Positions 29,335 to 39,246 of a DNA stretch of 64,000 nucleotides are shown here, in pieces. Source of the DNA: Thermoanaerobaculia bacterium (GTDB taxonomy: Bacteria; Acidobacteriota; Thermoanaerobaculia; Gp7-AA8). Numbering within the stretch: the first letter of the stretch is position 1; the number at the start of each line of letters is the position of its first letter. Both the position numbers and the translations under genes were made by a program. Under the pieces are notes generated by a model. That model was not told where the DNA came from. It worked only from the letters and a program-made list of their open reading frames with translations, and made no database searches. The stretch is taken from NCBI GenBank assembly GCA_041750915.1, contig JBGSYJ010000069.1, positions 4,946 to 68,945 of the forward strand, in the 5' to 3' direction.

Positions 29335-29540
29335 GCTCTCATTCCCCTCTCCCCGTGTGAACGGGGAGAGGGGCAAGGGGAGAGGGGCCGCGCAAGCAAT
29401 TCGAATGTAGCCGACCGCAATGAGTGCCGCAAGCTCGCAACGCCCCTCTCCCGGCGCGCGACACTCCGCAAAGCCTTGAAGTCTGCGCGAACGACGCGCG
29501 CCACCCTCTCCCCGACTTCGCGGGGAGAGGGGAGCACGTC
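29335..29540. repeat. 210-bp multi-hairpin repeat (CCCTCTCCCC...GGGGAGAGGG units), copy 1
   Basis: Four GC hairpins. It matches 49590-49810 in inverted orientation over about 200 bp. Confidence 0.65.
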
Positions 29541-29603
29541 GCCAATGGCGGCAGCTCTTCCACTTGCCGCCCACGATCAAGACTGCGAGAATCAGCCCTT
29601 CCC

Positions 29604-30977
29604 ATGCGAGCACCGATTCTCTTCATCCCTGGTTTCTCCGCAACCGAGTTGCGGGAGCCGGGAGGCAGACTCGTCTATCCGCCATCGATGCAGACGCTCG
29701 CCGATCCGAAGCGGAAGGCGCGGTTCATCCGGAACGTTCTCGACTCAGACGCCCTCGTTGCCGGCGAGCCGATCCGCGACGTCTTCTTCGGGCTCGCGAA
29801 ACAGGCGCAGTCGCTTTATGACGTGCTCAGACTTTACGGCTACTCGACCGCGAATCGCGACGAGTTCATCGCCGTCGGCTGGGACTGGCGCAGGGCGATC
29901 GATGACGACGCTGTAACCCGCGATCTCGACGCTGCGCTGGCGTCGCTGGCGCAGGCAGGAAAAGTCATCGTGATCGCGCACTCGGCCGGGGGACTGTTGC
30001 TCCGGCGTTATCTCGAGCTCCATCCTCATCGCGCCGATTCCATCTCCCACATCGTCGGGTTCGGCGTTCCGTGGGGCGGAACGTTGAAAGCGTTCCGTTA
30101 CATCGCGAAGGGGGAGAAGTTCGGTTTCCTCTCGGCGAGCCTGAACGCGACGGAGACGCGCACGGTGATGCAGCATGCGCAGGCGGGCTACGACCTTCTC
30201 CCGCCGCCCGGCCTGGCGAACGCCGCCGCTGCTGACCTTCCCCCTCCGCTCGTCTTCGAAAATGGCGAGCCCGTCTCGCCGGCAGTCGCCGTGTCGTGGA
30301 TCCGCGCCGCCGACGCGGCGATCGTGCAGCCGATGGCCGGGCATGCAACCCGGCTCGTCCGGCTCCCGGAGATCACGCTTCCCGGCACCGCAACGCCTCC
30401 GATCACGAACGTCGTCGGCTTCGGAGCGACGACGGACGTCCGGGCGACGATCCGCGGTCCCGGCAAAGTCGATTTCGAAAAATCGGATGAAGGCGACGGC
30501 ACTGTACCTCTTGCTTCGGCACAATGGATTCGTGGGGCGGATGTGCGAACGTTTCACGTCCCGATCGGCGGCTATCCGACGGCCGGGATTCCGACGTATC
30601 ACGCCCAGCTGTGGGATGCGCCGCCGCTGCTCGAGATCTTCGACCAGTTGTTGCTCGGGATCGCTCCGGGTGCGTACGTTGCCGCCGCGCTCGACACCGA
30701 CGATGCTTCGGCCGGCGGCACGAATGGCCTTCGCGTCCGCATCGCCGCTGCCGCTCACAATGGCGCGCCTTTGCCGTTGCTGAAGGTCACGTTTCACGGT
30801 CTCCGGCAGAAGGTGACGAGATCGCTCACGAATCGCGTGCGAGCGACCGTTGAACTGCCGAAGTCCGTTCTGCCTCCTTATGCAGGGAGTCCCTTCGTCC
30901 GTTTCGAGGCAGTGCTTCAGTGGAGCAGCGGCAGCACGAAGGAAACCCGCGAGCTCCCCCTGATCTACCGCAGGTGA
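29604..30977 (+). CDS. Alpha/beta-hydrolase, lipase-like (PGAP1/LCAT-like)
   Basis: PILFIPGFSATEL; VIVIAHSAGGLL nucleophile elbow. I chose the start at MRAPILF. Confidence 0.7.
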   Translation: MRAPILFIPGFSATELREPGGRLVYPPSMQTLADPKRKARFIRNVLDSDALVAGEPIRDVFFGLAKQAQSLYDVLRLYGYSTANRDEFIAVGWDWRRAIDDDAVTRDLDAALASLAQAGKVIVIAHSAGGLLLRRYLELHPHRADSISHIVGFGVPWGGTLKAFRYIAKGEKFGFLSASLNATETRTVMQHAQAGYDLLPPPGLANAAAADLPPPLVFENGEPVSPAVAVSWIRAADAAIVQPMAGHATRLVRLPEITLPGTATPPITNVVGFGATTDVRATIRGPGKVDFEKSDEGDGTVPLASAQWIRGADVRTFHVPIGGYPTAGIPTYHAQLWDAPPLLEIFDQLLLGIAPGAYVAAALDTDDASAGGTNGLRVRIAAAAHNGAPLPLLKVTFHGLRQKVTRSLTNRVRATVELPKSVLPPYAGSPFVRFEAVLQWSSGSTKETRELPLIYRR

Positions 30978-31046
30978 ATGACCGGTGGATCGAGACTCAG
31001 AAGCAATGGCCTCGAGCTAAGGCGCGAAGGTTCATACGCGGGGCCC

Positions 31047-33668
31047 TCAGAAATTCACTGAGATTCGCGAGTAGAGGAACCGGCCATTCATCCCGAACGG
31101 GGAATTCCTCGGGTAGGTGAAGATCCCGAGGTTGGCGTCCGGCCCGATATTCTCATCGGGAAATGTGTCGAAGATGTTCTGGCCGCCGACCGCCACGGTG
31201 TATCGATCCAGTTTGTAAGAGAGCTCCAGATCCGTCACCCATTCCTGCCCGAATGTCTGATCGGACGCAGGGGGATTGGTGAAACTGCAGTACTCTCCAT
31301 AGCGGCTCGTGCGAATGTTTCCGCCCAGCCTGCTTCGGTTCCAGTCTGCCGACAGCCGTACGTTGTCTTCCGGTTGGGCACATTCAGTAAGCCGTCGGAC
31401 CACGCGATCGAACAGGACCGCTTCGAATCCAGCCAGCTGAGGAGGCGTGTCGGCGATCCTGACCACGTCAGTCTCGTTGCGGTTGTAGCCCCCGGAAAGC
31501 GTGAAGTTCCCCAGGGCGGCGGTATTCAGCTGCCACGTGGAAACCAGATCGAAGCCCGTCGTTTCGGTGTCGATGGCATTGGTGAAAAAGCGCCCGCCAT
31601 TGGCTCCCAGGGGGCGAAGGAGATCTGCGATGCGGTCTCCGGTGAAGTTTCCGGACAGGACGATCCGATCGTCTATGTCGATTCGATAGACATCCACCGC
31701 GACCTCGAACGTGGGGGTCGGATCCCACACGACGCCCGCGCTGAGCTGAGTCGATTCTTCGGGACGAAGGGGTTGCGCTCCGAGAGCCTGCGCCTGTGGG
31801 CTTCCGACCGTGAAGGTCGCGACTTCGAATGGTGTGAGCACTCCTGCCAGGTTCAGAAACGTTGTGCTGGTACTCGAGAAGAATGACTGGCCCAGGGACG
31901 GAGCGCGGAAGCCGGTGCTCGCCGAGCCGCGAAACACCACTCTGTCGACCGGTTCGACACGGACCGTTAGCTTTCCGTCGCTGGTGCTGCCGAAGTCATC
32001 GAAATCTTCGTATCGCGCCGCCACACCCAGGCGAAGGCGCGCCAGCACATCCCCCTCGACGTCGACATAGATCGCCTTGCTGTTTCGCGACGTGTTGACG
32101 GCGTTCGACGGCCTGTACCCTGGAAACACCTGTGCGCCGATCTCGGAACGGCCTCCTGCCTGGTTGGGGATCCCGCCGTCGCGATAGGAGTCCGGCTCGC
32201 CTGCAATCTGCTCGAAGCCCTCGCGACGGAACTCGATTCCCGCGGCGACGTTGAGGGGACCCGCCAGTCCAACCTCGTAAGGGCGAGTGATGTCGAAGTT
32301 CCCGATCAAGTGATCGAACTCGAGCGAGCCGGCGTAGAACTCCGTCTTGTTCGGTGGGATGGTCGGACCAAGCGAGGTGTTGAGCGTGTTCGACAGATTG
32401 AAATCGAAAGTGTTCCTTCCGTACTGGCCGCTCAGGTCGTAGAACCACCCCATCATCGTTCCCCGATTCCCGGCCGTGAAGGACGTGTCATTGACCTCGG
32501 GCTCGATGAGGGGCAGGAATCCGAGCGGGTAGATTTCGGGCCGGTTCCTCGCGTCGAGGGCGCGGCGGTAGAACCCACCGTGAGAACCTTCACGCCGGCT
32601 GTATCCGCCAAAAGCGTAGAGGACGTTCGAGCCCTCGACGTTGAGCGGAAGCAGGCCGTGCAGAAACAGCATGGCGTCCTGCGCTTCGGAGTCGCCCCAG
32701 TGATGGTTGGGCTGCGGTACGGCATTGCTGCCGCCATCTCCCGGTGTGACCTGGTCCCTGGGGTCATTCCCCGCCCGGTTCGTCTCACCGCGATCTCGAT
32801 ACTCGACCGTCATGAAGAGCGAGCCGTTGTTGGCGAAGCCGAAGCCTTTGCTCAGACCGATGTCGATCAGCTCACCGTCGCCGTGAGTCGTTGCCCCGCC
32901 TTTTAGGTTCAGGGTCCAGGGAGAGGAACCCGATTTTAGCACCAGGTTGATGACGCCGGCGATGGCATCCGAGCCATACTGGGCGGAAGCTCCATCCCGG
33001 AGGACCTCCACGGTTTCGAGAGCCGAGGACGGAATCGCATTCAGGTCCACGCCGGTCGAGCCGCGGCCGACCGAGTTGTTCACGTTGACCAGAGCGCTGT
33101 TGTGCCGGCGCTTGCCATTGATCAGAACGAGCAGTTGGTCGGGCCCCAGTCCCCGAAGGGTGGCAGGGCGGACCGAGTCGGTGCCGTCGGTGATCGTCGG
33201 ACGCGGGAAATTGAACGACGGTGCGAGCGCCTGAATGATCTGGCTGGTCTCACTCGCCCCGGTCGTTTCCAGTTGCTCCTCAGTGAGCACGTCGACAGGA
33301 ACGGCCTTCTCGTTCGCGGTGCCGATTGCTCTCGAGCCGACAGTGATCTCTTGCCCGAACGCGACCACCAGGGAGAAGTCGCGCTGCACCGTTCCGCTCG
33401 CTACCCTCACCTGCGAAGTCTGGGTTTGAAGGCTCTGGAACGTTACGGACACCGCAACGGTCTGGCCGACGGCTGAAGAGGGCAGCGAGATCCTGTAACG
33501 CCCCGAGCTGTCTGTGGTGGCGATCAGGCCTAGAGAATCGACCGAGACCGTCGCTCCCGGTAGCGACGCACCGTCCGCTCGCGTGGTGACCACACCCTCG
33601 ATCTGCTGTGCGGCGAGAGGAGACCCGAGACAAAGCCCGAAAATAAAGAATCGCGCGAGACGCCTCAT
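31047..33668 (-). CDS. TonB-dependent receptor with an N-terminal carboxypeptidase-regulatory-like domain
   Basis: Signal peptide, CarbopepD_reg (IEGVVTTRADGASLPGATVSV...GRYRI), plug, 22-strand barrel, C-terminal YSRISVNF. Confidence 0.9.
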   Translation of the reverse strand: MRRLARFFIFGLCLGSPLAAQQIEGVVTTRADGASLPGATVSVDSLGLIATTDSSGRYRISLPSSAVGQTVAVSVTFQSLQTQTSQVRVASGTVQRDFSLVVAFGQEITVGSRAIGTANEKAVPVDVLTEEQLETTGASETSQIIQALAPSFNFPRPTITDGTDSVRPATLRGLGPDQLLVLINGKRRHNSALVNVNNSVGRGSTGVDLNAIPSSALETVEVLRDGASAQYGSDAIAGVINLVLKSGSSPWTLNLKGGATTHGDGELIDIGLSKGFGFANNGSLFMTVEYRDRGETNRAGNDPRDQVTPGDGGSNAVPQPNHHWGDSEAQDAMLFLHGLLPLNVEGSNVLYAFGGYSRREGSHGGFYRRALDARNRPEIYPLGFLPLIEPEVNDTSFTAGNRGTMMGWFYDLSGQYGRNTFDFNLSNTLNTSLGPTIPPNKTEFYAGSLEFDHLIGNFDITRPYEVGLAGPLNVAAGIEFRREGFEQIAGEPDSYRDGGIPNQAGGRSEIGAQVFPGYRPSNAVNTSRNSKAIYVDVEGDVLARLRLGVAARYEDFDDFGSTSDGKLTVRVEPVDRVVFRGSASTGFRAPSLGQSFFSSTSTTFLNLAGVLTPFEVATFTVGSPQAQALGAQPLRPEESTQLSAGVVWDPTPTFEVAVDVYRIDIDDRIVLSGNFTGDRIADLLRPLGANGGRFFTNAIDTETTGFDLVSTWQLNTAALGNFTLSGGYNRNETDVVRIADTPPQLAGFEAVLFDRVVRRLTECAQPEDNVRLSADWNRSRLGGNIRTSRYGEYCSFTNPPASDQTFGQEWVTDLELSYKLDRYTVAVGGQNIFDTFPDENIGPDANLGIFTYPRNSPFGMNGRFLYSRISVNF

Positions 33669-33717
33669 CAGTTAGCTCCTTTTTTGAATGCTCGAGTATG
33701 AGCCTCCGTCGTAGGGA

Positions 33718-34155
33718 GTGTCAACGTCATGGCCGTCGCGCTCATCGTCGTCGGCGAAGTCGGGTTTGGTCGCGCAGAGGGTTCACATCCGCGGCGCAGT
33801 CGGCGCGGTCGTCAGCTCGCTCGCCAACGACATCCTGATGCCGATCATCAGCCTCGTTCTACCGGCGGGGGACTGGCGTGAGGCGAAGTACGTGCTTTCC
33901 AGCACGACGGACGCCGCGGGAGTAGTCTCCGAGAGCGCGATTCTCTACGGCCAGTTCGCGGCCGCCGTGCTCGACTTCATCATCATCTCGTTCGTTGTAT
34001 TCATCATCGTGAAGCGCCTCGTCAAGCCGGTGCCCGAGCCGGCGACTCCGCAGATGCGGAAGTGTCCCGAGTGTTTCGAGATGATCCCCGAGGATGCCCG
34101 CCGGTGTCGCGCGTGCACTTCGACCATCGGGGCGGGATCGCAGCTCGCGACCTGA
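33718..34155 (+). pseudogene. 5'-truncated duplicate of mscL (matches 47195..47629 from VGAVVSSLANDIL onward)
   Basis: Nucleotide identity with the intact mscL begins about 90 nt into that gene. The N-terminal amphipathic helix and TM1 are replaced by unrelated sequence. Confidence 0.6.
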
Positions 34156-34421
34156 CGAGCCCCTGCCGCTATTCGAATGTCGACGCGTTCGCGATGCGCT
34201 TCATACTCGAGGTATTCGGCGCCGTCGAAGTAGCGCTCGAAGAATTTGCGAACATCATCACTTCCGGATCGATGGACTTTTCCCCCGCTTGCAGAGACGA
34301 AGGTTTCGCCCGTAGTCTCGCCGATCCAGGCGGAGTCGCGTTCGAAGTGCGCGCGGATTTCCTCTGCGTGCATCTTCAGAAGCGATCGGACTGCGTCATT
34401 GTCCGCGACCTGATCGTTCAA
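33945..34421 (-). pseudogene. Fragment duplicating the C-terminal NTF2-like domain of the 47803..49515 gene
   Basis: AMRSLLKMHAEEIR.HFERD.AWIG.TTGETFVSASGGK..RSGSDDVR.FFERYFDGAEYLEYE is shared with the 570-aa protein; a deletion lies in between. Confidence 0.5.
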
Positions 34422-34666
34422 AGTAAAGAATTTGGGTCGCAGCTTCAGTCGCGCATGCGACCGCCGGTTCTTGGGGCCGCCGGAGCCAATGGGTCAGACG
34501 TCGTCTGACCCTTCGAACTTCACGAAGCAATCAGGCACAGACATCAGCACAGCTTCGAGGGTCGGCCTGACGGGCTGGCGTTGCCTCTCTGGAAGCTCCC
34601 GCCTGCGAACGCGCAACGTCACCAGCCGCTGCATCCTCTCTCTGAACTCCACGCTCCCGAGATTGA

Positions 34667-35185
34667 TTTGCCCGACGACCGATTCCCACTGTTGTACGCG
34701 GCGCCTCGGCCATAAGCGACGACCTGCTCAATATCTACAGAGCTCTGGACGCGCTATCTCCCGGCTTTGGAAAAGTCGAGCGAAGAAGTGACGTTTCCAG
34801 AGACGAATTCCTGCGCGACTACTACTCGCGAAATCGTCCCGTGATTCTGACGCGCCTGATGCAGAACTGGAAGGCAATGTCCCTCTGGACACCTGAATAC
34901 CTCAAAGCACGTTATGGAAGCGAAACCGTTGAAGTCACAGCGAATCGTGATTCAGATCCGGACTACGAGCTGAATCTGGCCCGGCACCGTCGCGAAATTC
35001 TCTTCGGAGATTATGTCGACATGGTGACGACAGGGGGCGAAACGAATGACTACTATCTGGTCGCGAGAAATGAAGTTCTCGAACATGAGCTGCCGCTCCA
35101 CAACGCTGTAGTTCTCACCATTCCGAGCCGCGGCCGGATCGGAACCCGCCGGGCCGCCGTTCGTAGACTTGATATGATCCGATGA
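34667..35185 (+). pseudogene. Truncated cupin-like (JmjC-type) gene remnant
   Basis: The open frame ...DEFLRDYYSRNRPVILTRLMQNWKAMSLWTPEYLKARYG... reads like a cupin-4 N-terminus. It has no canonical start before the GTG at 34841 and ends after about 170 aa. Confidence 0.4.
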
Positions 35186-36135
35186 TGATGGTACCAGGTC
35201 GCGTCGAGATTCCACGGCCCGAGGGATGGTGGGAGGAAGTTCGCGAGGTTCTCGAGTATCCGTTTCTCAGGATCGGCGAGACCGACCTGACACTCGCCCG
35301 GGTCGGCTATTTCATTCTGCTGATCGTAGCGCTTTTCTGGGTGGTGCGGCTGCTCAAGCGCTGGCTCATCAATCGATTTCTTGCGCGCAGCCGCATGGAC
35401 CTGCACGCCCGGCAAGCGGCGGGAACGCTCTTCGGCTACGTGGTGCTCCTCCTCGGCTTCATGGTCATCCTGCAGACGGTGGGGATCGACCTGACTACGC
35501 TGCACGTCGTCGCGGGAGCGGTCGGCGTGGGCATCGGACTCGGCCTTCAGGATGTCGCGAACAATTTCATCAGCGGTCTGATCATTCTGTTCGAGCGGCC
35601 GATCAAGGTCGGCGACAGGATCCTCGTGGGCGATGTCGAAGGCCAGGTCCAGAACATCCGCGCGCGAAGCACGACTGTCATTACGAACGACAACGTCGCG
35701 GTGATCGTGCCGAATTCGAAGTTGATCACCGACAACGTCGTGAACTGGAGCTACAACGACCCTCGAATCCGATTCCGCATTCCGGTCGGTGTCGCCTACG
35801 GATCCGATCCGGAGCTCGTGCTGCGCGCGCTACTCGAAGCTGCCGCGGAGATCGACGATGTGCTGGCTGATCCTGAACCGACCGCGGTCTTCGTGGAGTT
35901 CGGGGACAGCTCGCTGAACTTCGAGCTTCGCGCGTGGACCACGACCCTCCTTCATCTGAAAGCCCGATTCGTGAGCCAGCTGAACCTTTCCATTCACCGC
36001 AAGCTGGCCCATTACGAACTCAGCGTGCCATTCCCGCAGCGCGATCTTCACTTCCGCGGCGGGGAGGTGAACGTCGTTCTGAAGCGTGACGACGCCAACG
36101 CTTCTCCCGCGATGCCCGGACCTGAGAAGGCATGA
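35182..36135 (+). CDS. mscS: Small-conductance mechanosensitive channel (MscS family)
   Basis: GLQDVANNFISGLIILFERPIKVGDRILVGDVEGQVQNI is the MscS signature. Confidence 0.85.
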   Translation: MMMVPGRVEIPRPEGWWEEVREVLEYPFLRIGETDLTLARVGYFILLIVALFWVVRLLKRWLINRFLARSRMDLHARQAAGTLFGYVVLLLGFMVILQTVGIDLTTLHVVAGAVGVGIGLGLQDVANNFISGLIILFERPIKVGDRILVGDVEGQVQNIRARSTTVITNDNVAVIVPNSKLITDNVVNWSYNDPRIRFRIPVGVAYGSDPELVLRALLEAAAEIDDVLADPEPTAVFVEFGDSSLNFELRAWTTTLLHLKARFVSQLNLSIHRKLAHYELSVPFPQRDLHFRGGEVNVVLKRDDANASPAMPGPEKA

Positions 36136-38108
36136 CTTTTCGCCCCTGGCACCGGTTCAAATTCGAGATTGAACGGCTGATCCTGCGCAGTCCGTTTCAC
36201 CGTCTCGCGGTCATCGCGATGGCCGTTGGCGCAGTCTCGTGCGCGGGCGGGTATCTCGCCTATTTCTATGCCGGCGGATTCGCCGACGTTCCCGATGCGG
36301 TCTGGTGGGCGTTTCTGCGTCTCACTGACCCTGGCTACCTCGGCGACGATGTCGGCAACGTCGCACGCGTCATTTCGACGACCCTCACGATTCTCGGATA
36401 CGTTCTGTTTCTGGGCGCGCTCATCGCGATCATGACCCAGAGTCTCAATCAGTCCATCCAGCGGCTGCAGCAGGGACTGACTCCGATCGTCGAGAACAAC
36501 CACTTCCTGATTCTAGGCTGGACCAGCACGACGCCGACTCTCGTGGAGGAGCTGATCCTCTCCGAGGGCCGCGTGAAGCGGTTTCTGAAGCTGCGAGGTA
36601 CGGGGCGTCTTCGGATCGTGATTCTGATCGAGGACCTCGGGCCGGAAATCGTCCAGGACCTCCAGGACCGGCTTGGAAGCCACTGGAACTCGCGTGAGAT
36701 CATCGTGCGCTCGGGCACTCCGCTGCGCCTCGAGCATCTCGAGCGCGTCGATTTCCTGCACGCCGCCGCAATCATGTTGCCGCTCCCCGATGTCAGGACC
36801 GAGAACACGTTCGCTCGCGACGAGCGGACGATCAAGGTGCTGCTTTCGATCTCGAGCTCGGCGCGCCAGAAGAAGGCTGATGAGGTTCCGATGATGGTCG
36901 CAGAATTGATGGACGGGCGGAACGTCTCTCTGGCTCAGCGCGCCTACGGTGGCCCGATCGAGATCCTGGCGGGCGACCTGCTGGTCAGCCGGCTGATTGC
37001 GCAGAACGTCCGGCACGCGGGACTCTCGCCGGTCTACGCGGAGCTGCTCTCGCACTCGGAAGGGAATGAGATTTACCTGCGGGAGTGGCCGGAGCTCGCA
37101 GGCCGGCGCTTCGATGAAGTAGGCGATGCTTTTTCTCACGCGATCGTGCTGGGTGTGCTTCGAATGTCAGGCAGGGGCTTCGATCCGTTGATGCTGCCGG
37201 AGGGCGACCTGGTCATCGAAGCGGGCGACCGCCTCGTGATGGTCGCACAGAGTTATGAAGAGAGTGCGCCGGAGCGCCACTGGAGCGTCAGACCTCGGGC
37301 CGCGGCACCGCATTCGTATCCGCTGTCACAGAAGCGAAGCCGGCGTGTTCTTCTGCTGGGATGGAACCACAAGGTGCCAGCGCTCGTGGCGGAGCTCGCG
37401 CGGTACGGATCCGAGTCGTTCGAAGTCGACGTGGTGTCGCTCGTGAAGCCGGAGGATCGCGCGACTCATCTTCGCCGGCACGGGATCGGCGATGACGCGC
37501 TCGAGCTCCGTAATCTGGAAGCCGACTTCACATCGAGCGTCGAGCTGCGAGGCCTGAAGCCCGAGGCGTACGACAATGTGGTGATCCTCGCGAGCGACCG
37601 GATGGATTCCGAGGTGGAGAGCGATGCCCGCACGATTCTGGGGTTTCTGCTGCTCGACGAGATCCTCACGGGACGCGCTGTTCGTCCGGAAGTTCTGGTG
37701 GAACTGATGGACGCGGACAACGTTCCACTTCTCCAGGGGCGCGCGGACGTGCTGATCAGTCCATTGATTCTCGCGCATATGCTCTCGCAGGTCGCGCTGC
37801 GCCGGGAGCTGCGTGTCGTCTTTGACGAGATGTTCGGCTCCACGGGCGTCGAGATCTCGCTCCGTCCGGCGAGCGATGTGATTTCTCCCGGCGAGACGGT
37901 CGAGTGGGGCGATCTGTCGCGCAGAGTCGAATGCGGCCGCGAGATCGCACTGGGAATGCGCAGAGGCGGCGAGCTGCCGAAGATCAATCCTCCGCGCAAC
38001 AGCCGCTGGAGCTTTTCGGAGGGTGATGAATTGCTGGTGCTCACCCGCAACCTGTCTGCGGGCGCGGAGGTTCCTTCGGCGACGAGTCGCCGGTCTTCCA
38101 GAAAATGA
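36132..38108 (+). CDS. CASTOR/POLLUX-like ion channel with two RCK/TrkA-N-like domains
   Basis: N-terminal transmembrane helices with a pore-like segment, then NHFLILGWTSTTPTLVEEL and RVLLLGWNHKVPALVAEL RCK starts. Four nucleotides overlap mscS. Confidence 0.7.
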   Translation: MTFRPWHRFKFEIERLILRSPFHRLAVIAMAVGAVSCAGGYLAYFYAGGFADVPDAVWWAFLRLTDPGYLGDDVGNVARVISTTLTILGYVLFLGALIAIMTQSLNQSIQRLQQGLTPIVENNHFLILGWTSTTPTLVEELILSEGRVKRFLKLRGTGRLRIVILIEDLGPEIVQDLQDRLGSHWNSREIIVRSGTPLRLEHLERVDFLHAAAIMLPLPDVRTENTFARDERTIKVLLSISSSARQKKADEVPMMVAELMDGRNVSLAQRAYGGPIEILAGDLLVSRLIAQNVRHAGLSPVYAELLSHSEGNEIYLREWPELAGRRFDEVGDAFSHAIVLGVLRMSGRGFDPLMLPEGDLVIEAGDRLVMVAQSYEESAPERHWSVRPRAAAPHSYPLSQKRSRRVLLLGWNHKVPALVAELARYGSESFEVDVVSLVKPEDRATHLRRHGIGDDALELRNLEADFTSSVELRGLKPEAYDNVVILASDRMDSEVESDARTILGFLLLDEILTGRAVRPEVLVELMDADNVPLLQGRADVLISPLILAHMLSQVALRRELRVVFDEMFGSTGVEISLRPASDVISPGETVEWGDLSRRVECGREIALGMRRGGELPKINPPRNSRWSFSEGDELLVLTRNLSAGAEVPSATSRRSSRK

Positions 38109-38186
38109 ACAACGTGTGTTTCGTAGGGGCGGCCCGCACCTACAAGACACGTAAAGAGGCGAGCACGTCGAAGGGATGGAGAAGCA

Positions 38187-38216
38187 CGTCATCCTTCGCT
38201 TCGCTCAGGATGACAC
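38187..38216. repeat. Half copy of the type I element (right arm only)
   Basis: GTCATCC-TTCGCTTCGCTCAGGATGACAC. Confidence 0.4.
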
Positions 38217-38289
38217 ATCGGTTCATTCCTCTCGAAAATGAAGGCGTTCATCGTCAGGCTCTAATGAACGCCGCAAAACGCAAGTTGTG

Positions 38290-38470
38290 GCCAATCGGGC
38301 AAATGTCATCCCGAGCGGGTGGGTGTGTGGGCAAGCGAGGGATCTCCGGCGATGGTACATAGTTGCCTACTGCCGCCGTCACTCTTTCCCTTAATGAATC
38401 TCGTATGTACCATCGCCGGAGATCCCTCGCCCCTCGCACCCACCCGACCAGGCTCGGGATGACACTTGGT
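38290..38470. repeat. MITE-like palindromic element, type II, copy B
   Basis: GTCATCCCGAGCGGGTGGGTGTGTGGGCAAGCGAGGGATCTCCGGCGATGGTACATAG ... TATGTACCATCGCCGGAGATCCCTCGCCCCTCGCACCCACCCGACCAGGCTCGGGATGAC. Confidence 0.6.
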
Positions 38471-38535
38471 TCAATTTATCGCCACAATGGAGTTCGCCAT
38501 TCATCCGCTCGGGATGACAGCGCCCTGTCACATCT

Positions 38536-39246
38536 CTACGCCAGCCGCGCGCGGAGTGACGAAACGCGGCTGCGGCCGACGGGCAGGACGGTGCCGTCGT
38601 CGAGCTCGACCGAGTAGCGCGAGCCTTCGTGGGCCACGAGCCGACGGATACGGGCGACGTCGGCGATAAAGGATTTGTGAATTCGCTCGAAGCGCTGCGG
38701 CAGCATCCCTTCCAGCCGGTCGAGCATCTTGTCGTGAGGAACGACCTCGCCGCCGGTCAGCACGAGCTCGGAGCGCGTGCCGGCGCCGCGGATCCAGGCG
38801 ATCCTTCCGATCTCGATGAACTCGAGCCAGCCGTCTCGCCGTACACCGATGTGCTCGACCGGCCTCTCGGTGCGTGATGCAGGTGCGAGAACGCGCTGGA
38901 ATGCCTGCGCCAGCCGCTCGCGGCTGAACGGTTTCGGGATGTAATCACGAATGCCGAGACTGAACGCTTCGAGGGCGCGGTCGCGGTCGGCGGAGATCAC
39001 GATCGTGTCGAACGATCGCGTCGAAAGATCGCGAAGAAGATCGAACCCGTCCTCACCTTCGAGATTGAGATCGAGGATCAGAACATCGGGTGCGCGGAGC
39101 CGGATCGCTTCGCGTGCATCGTCGATGCGCGACGCGACGGAGGTCTCGCCCGCGAGCGGCCCAAGGATCTCGGTCGCGAGGCGGGCTATTCTGCGCGCGA
39201 TCACCGCCTCGTCCTCCGCGATCAGAATGCGGAGTGGTTCGCTCAT
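38536..39246 (-). CDS. LytR/AlgR-family response regulator (REC + LytTR)
   Basis: ILIAEDEAVIARRI...DVLILDLNLEGEDGFDLL is the REC domain; the C-terminal half is a LytTR DNA-binding domain. The start at MSEPLRIL overlaps the kinase stop codon (ATGA). Confidence 0.85.
   Translation of the reverse strand: MSEPLRILIAEDEAVIARRIARLATEILGPLAGETSVASRIDDAREAIRLRAPDVLILDLNLEGEDGFDLLRDLSTRSFDTIVISADRDRALEAFSLGIRDYIPKPFSRERLAQAFQRVLAPASRTERPVEHIGVRRDGWLEFIEIGRIAWIRGAGTRSELVLTGGEVVPHDKMLDRLEGMLPQRFERIHKSFIADVARIRRLVAHEGSRYSVELDDGTVLPVGRSRVSSLRARLA

Noticed and set aside
29182-29626. ORFs translating through the CCCTCTCCCC/GGGGAGAGGG repeat (RGEG-containing peptides), also at 49230..49844
   Set aside because: They span a dispersed non-coding repeat whose copies occur in both orientations. 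The RGEG/PLPR peptides are translation artefacts of the hairpins.
33718-34155. Calling this ORF a second intact mscL
   Set aside because: Similarity to the real mscL starts only after codon ~30. The N-terminal amphipathic helix and TM1 are replaced by unrelated sequence, so it is better treated as a truncated duplicate.
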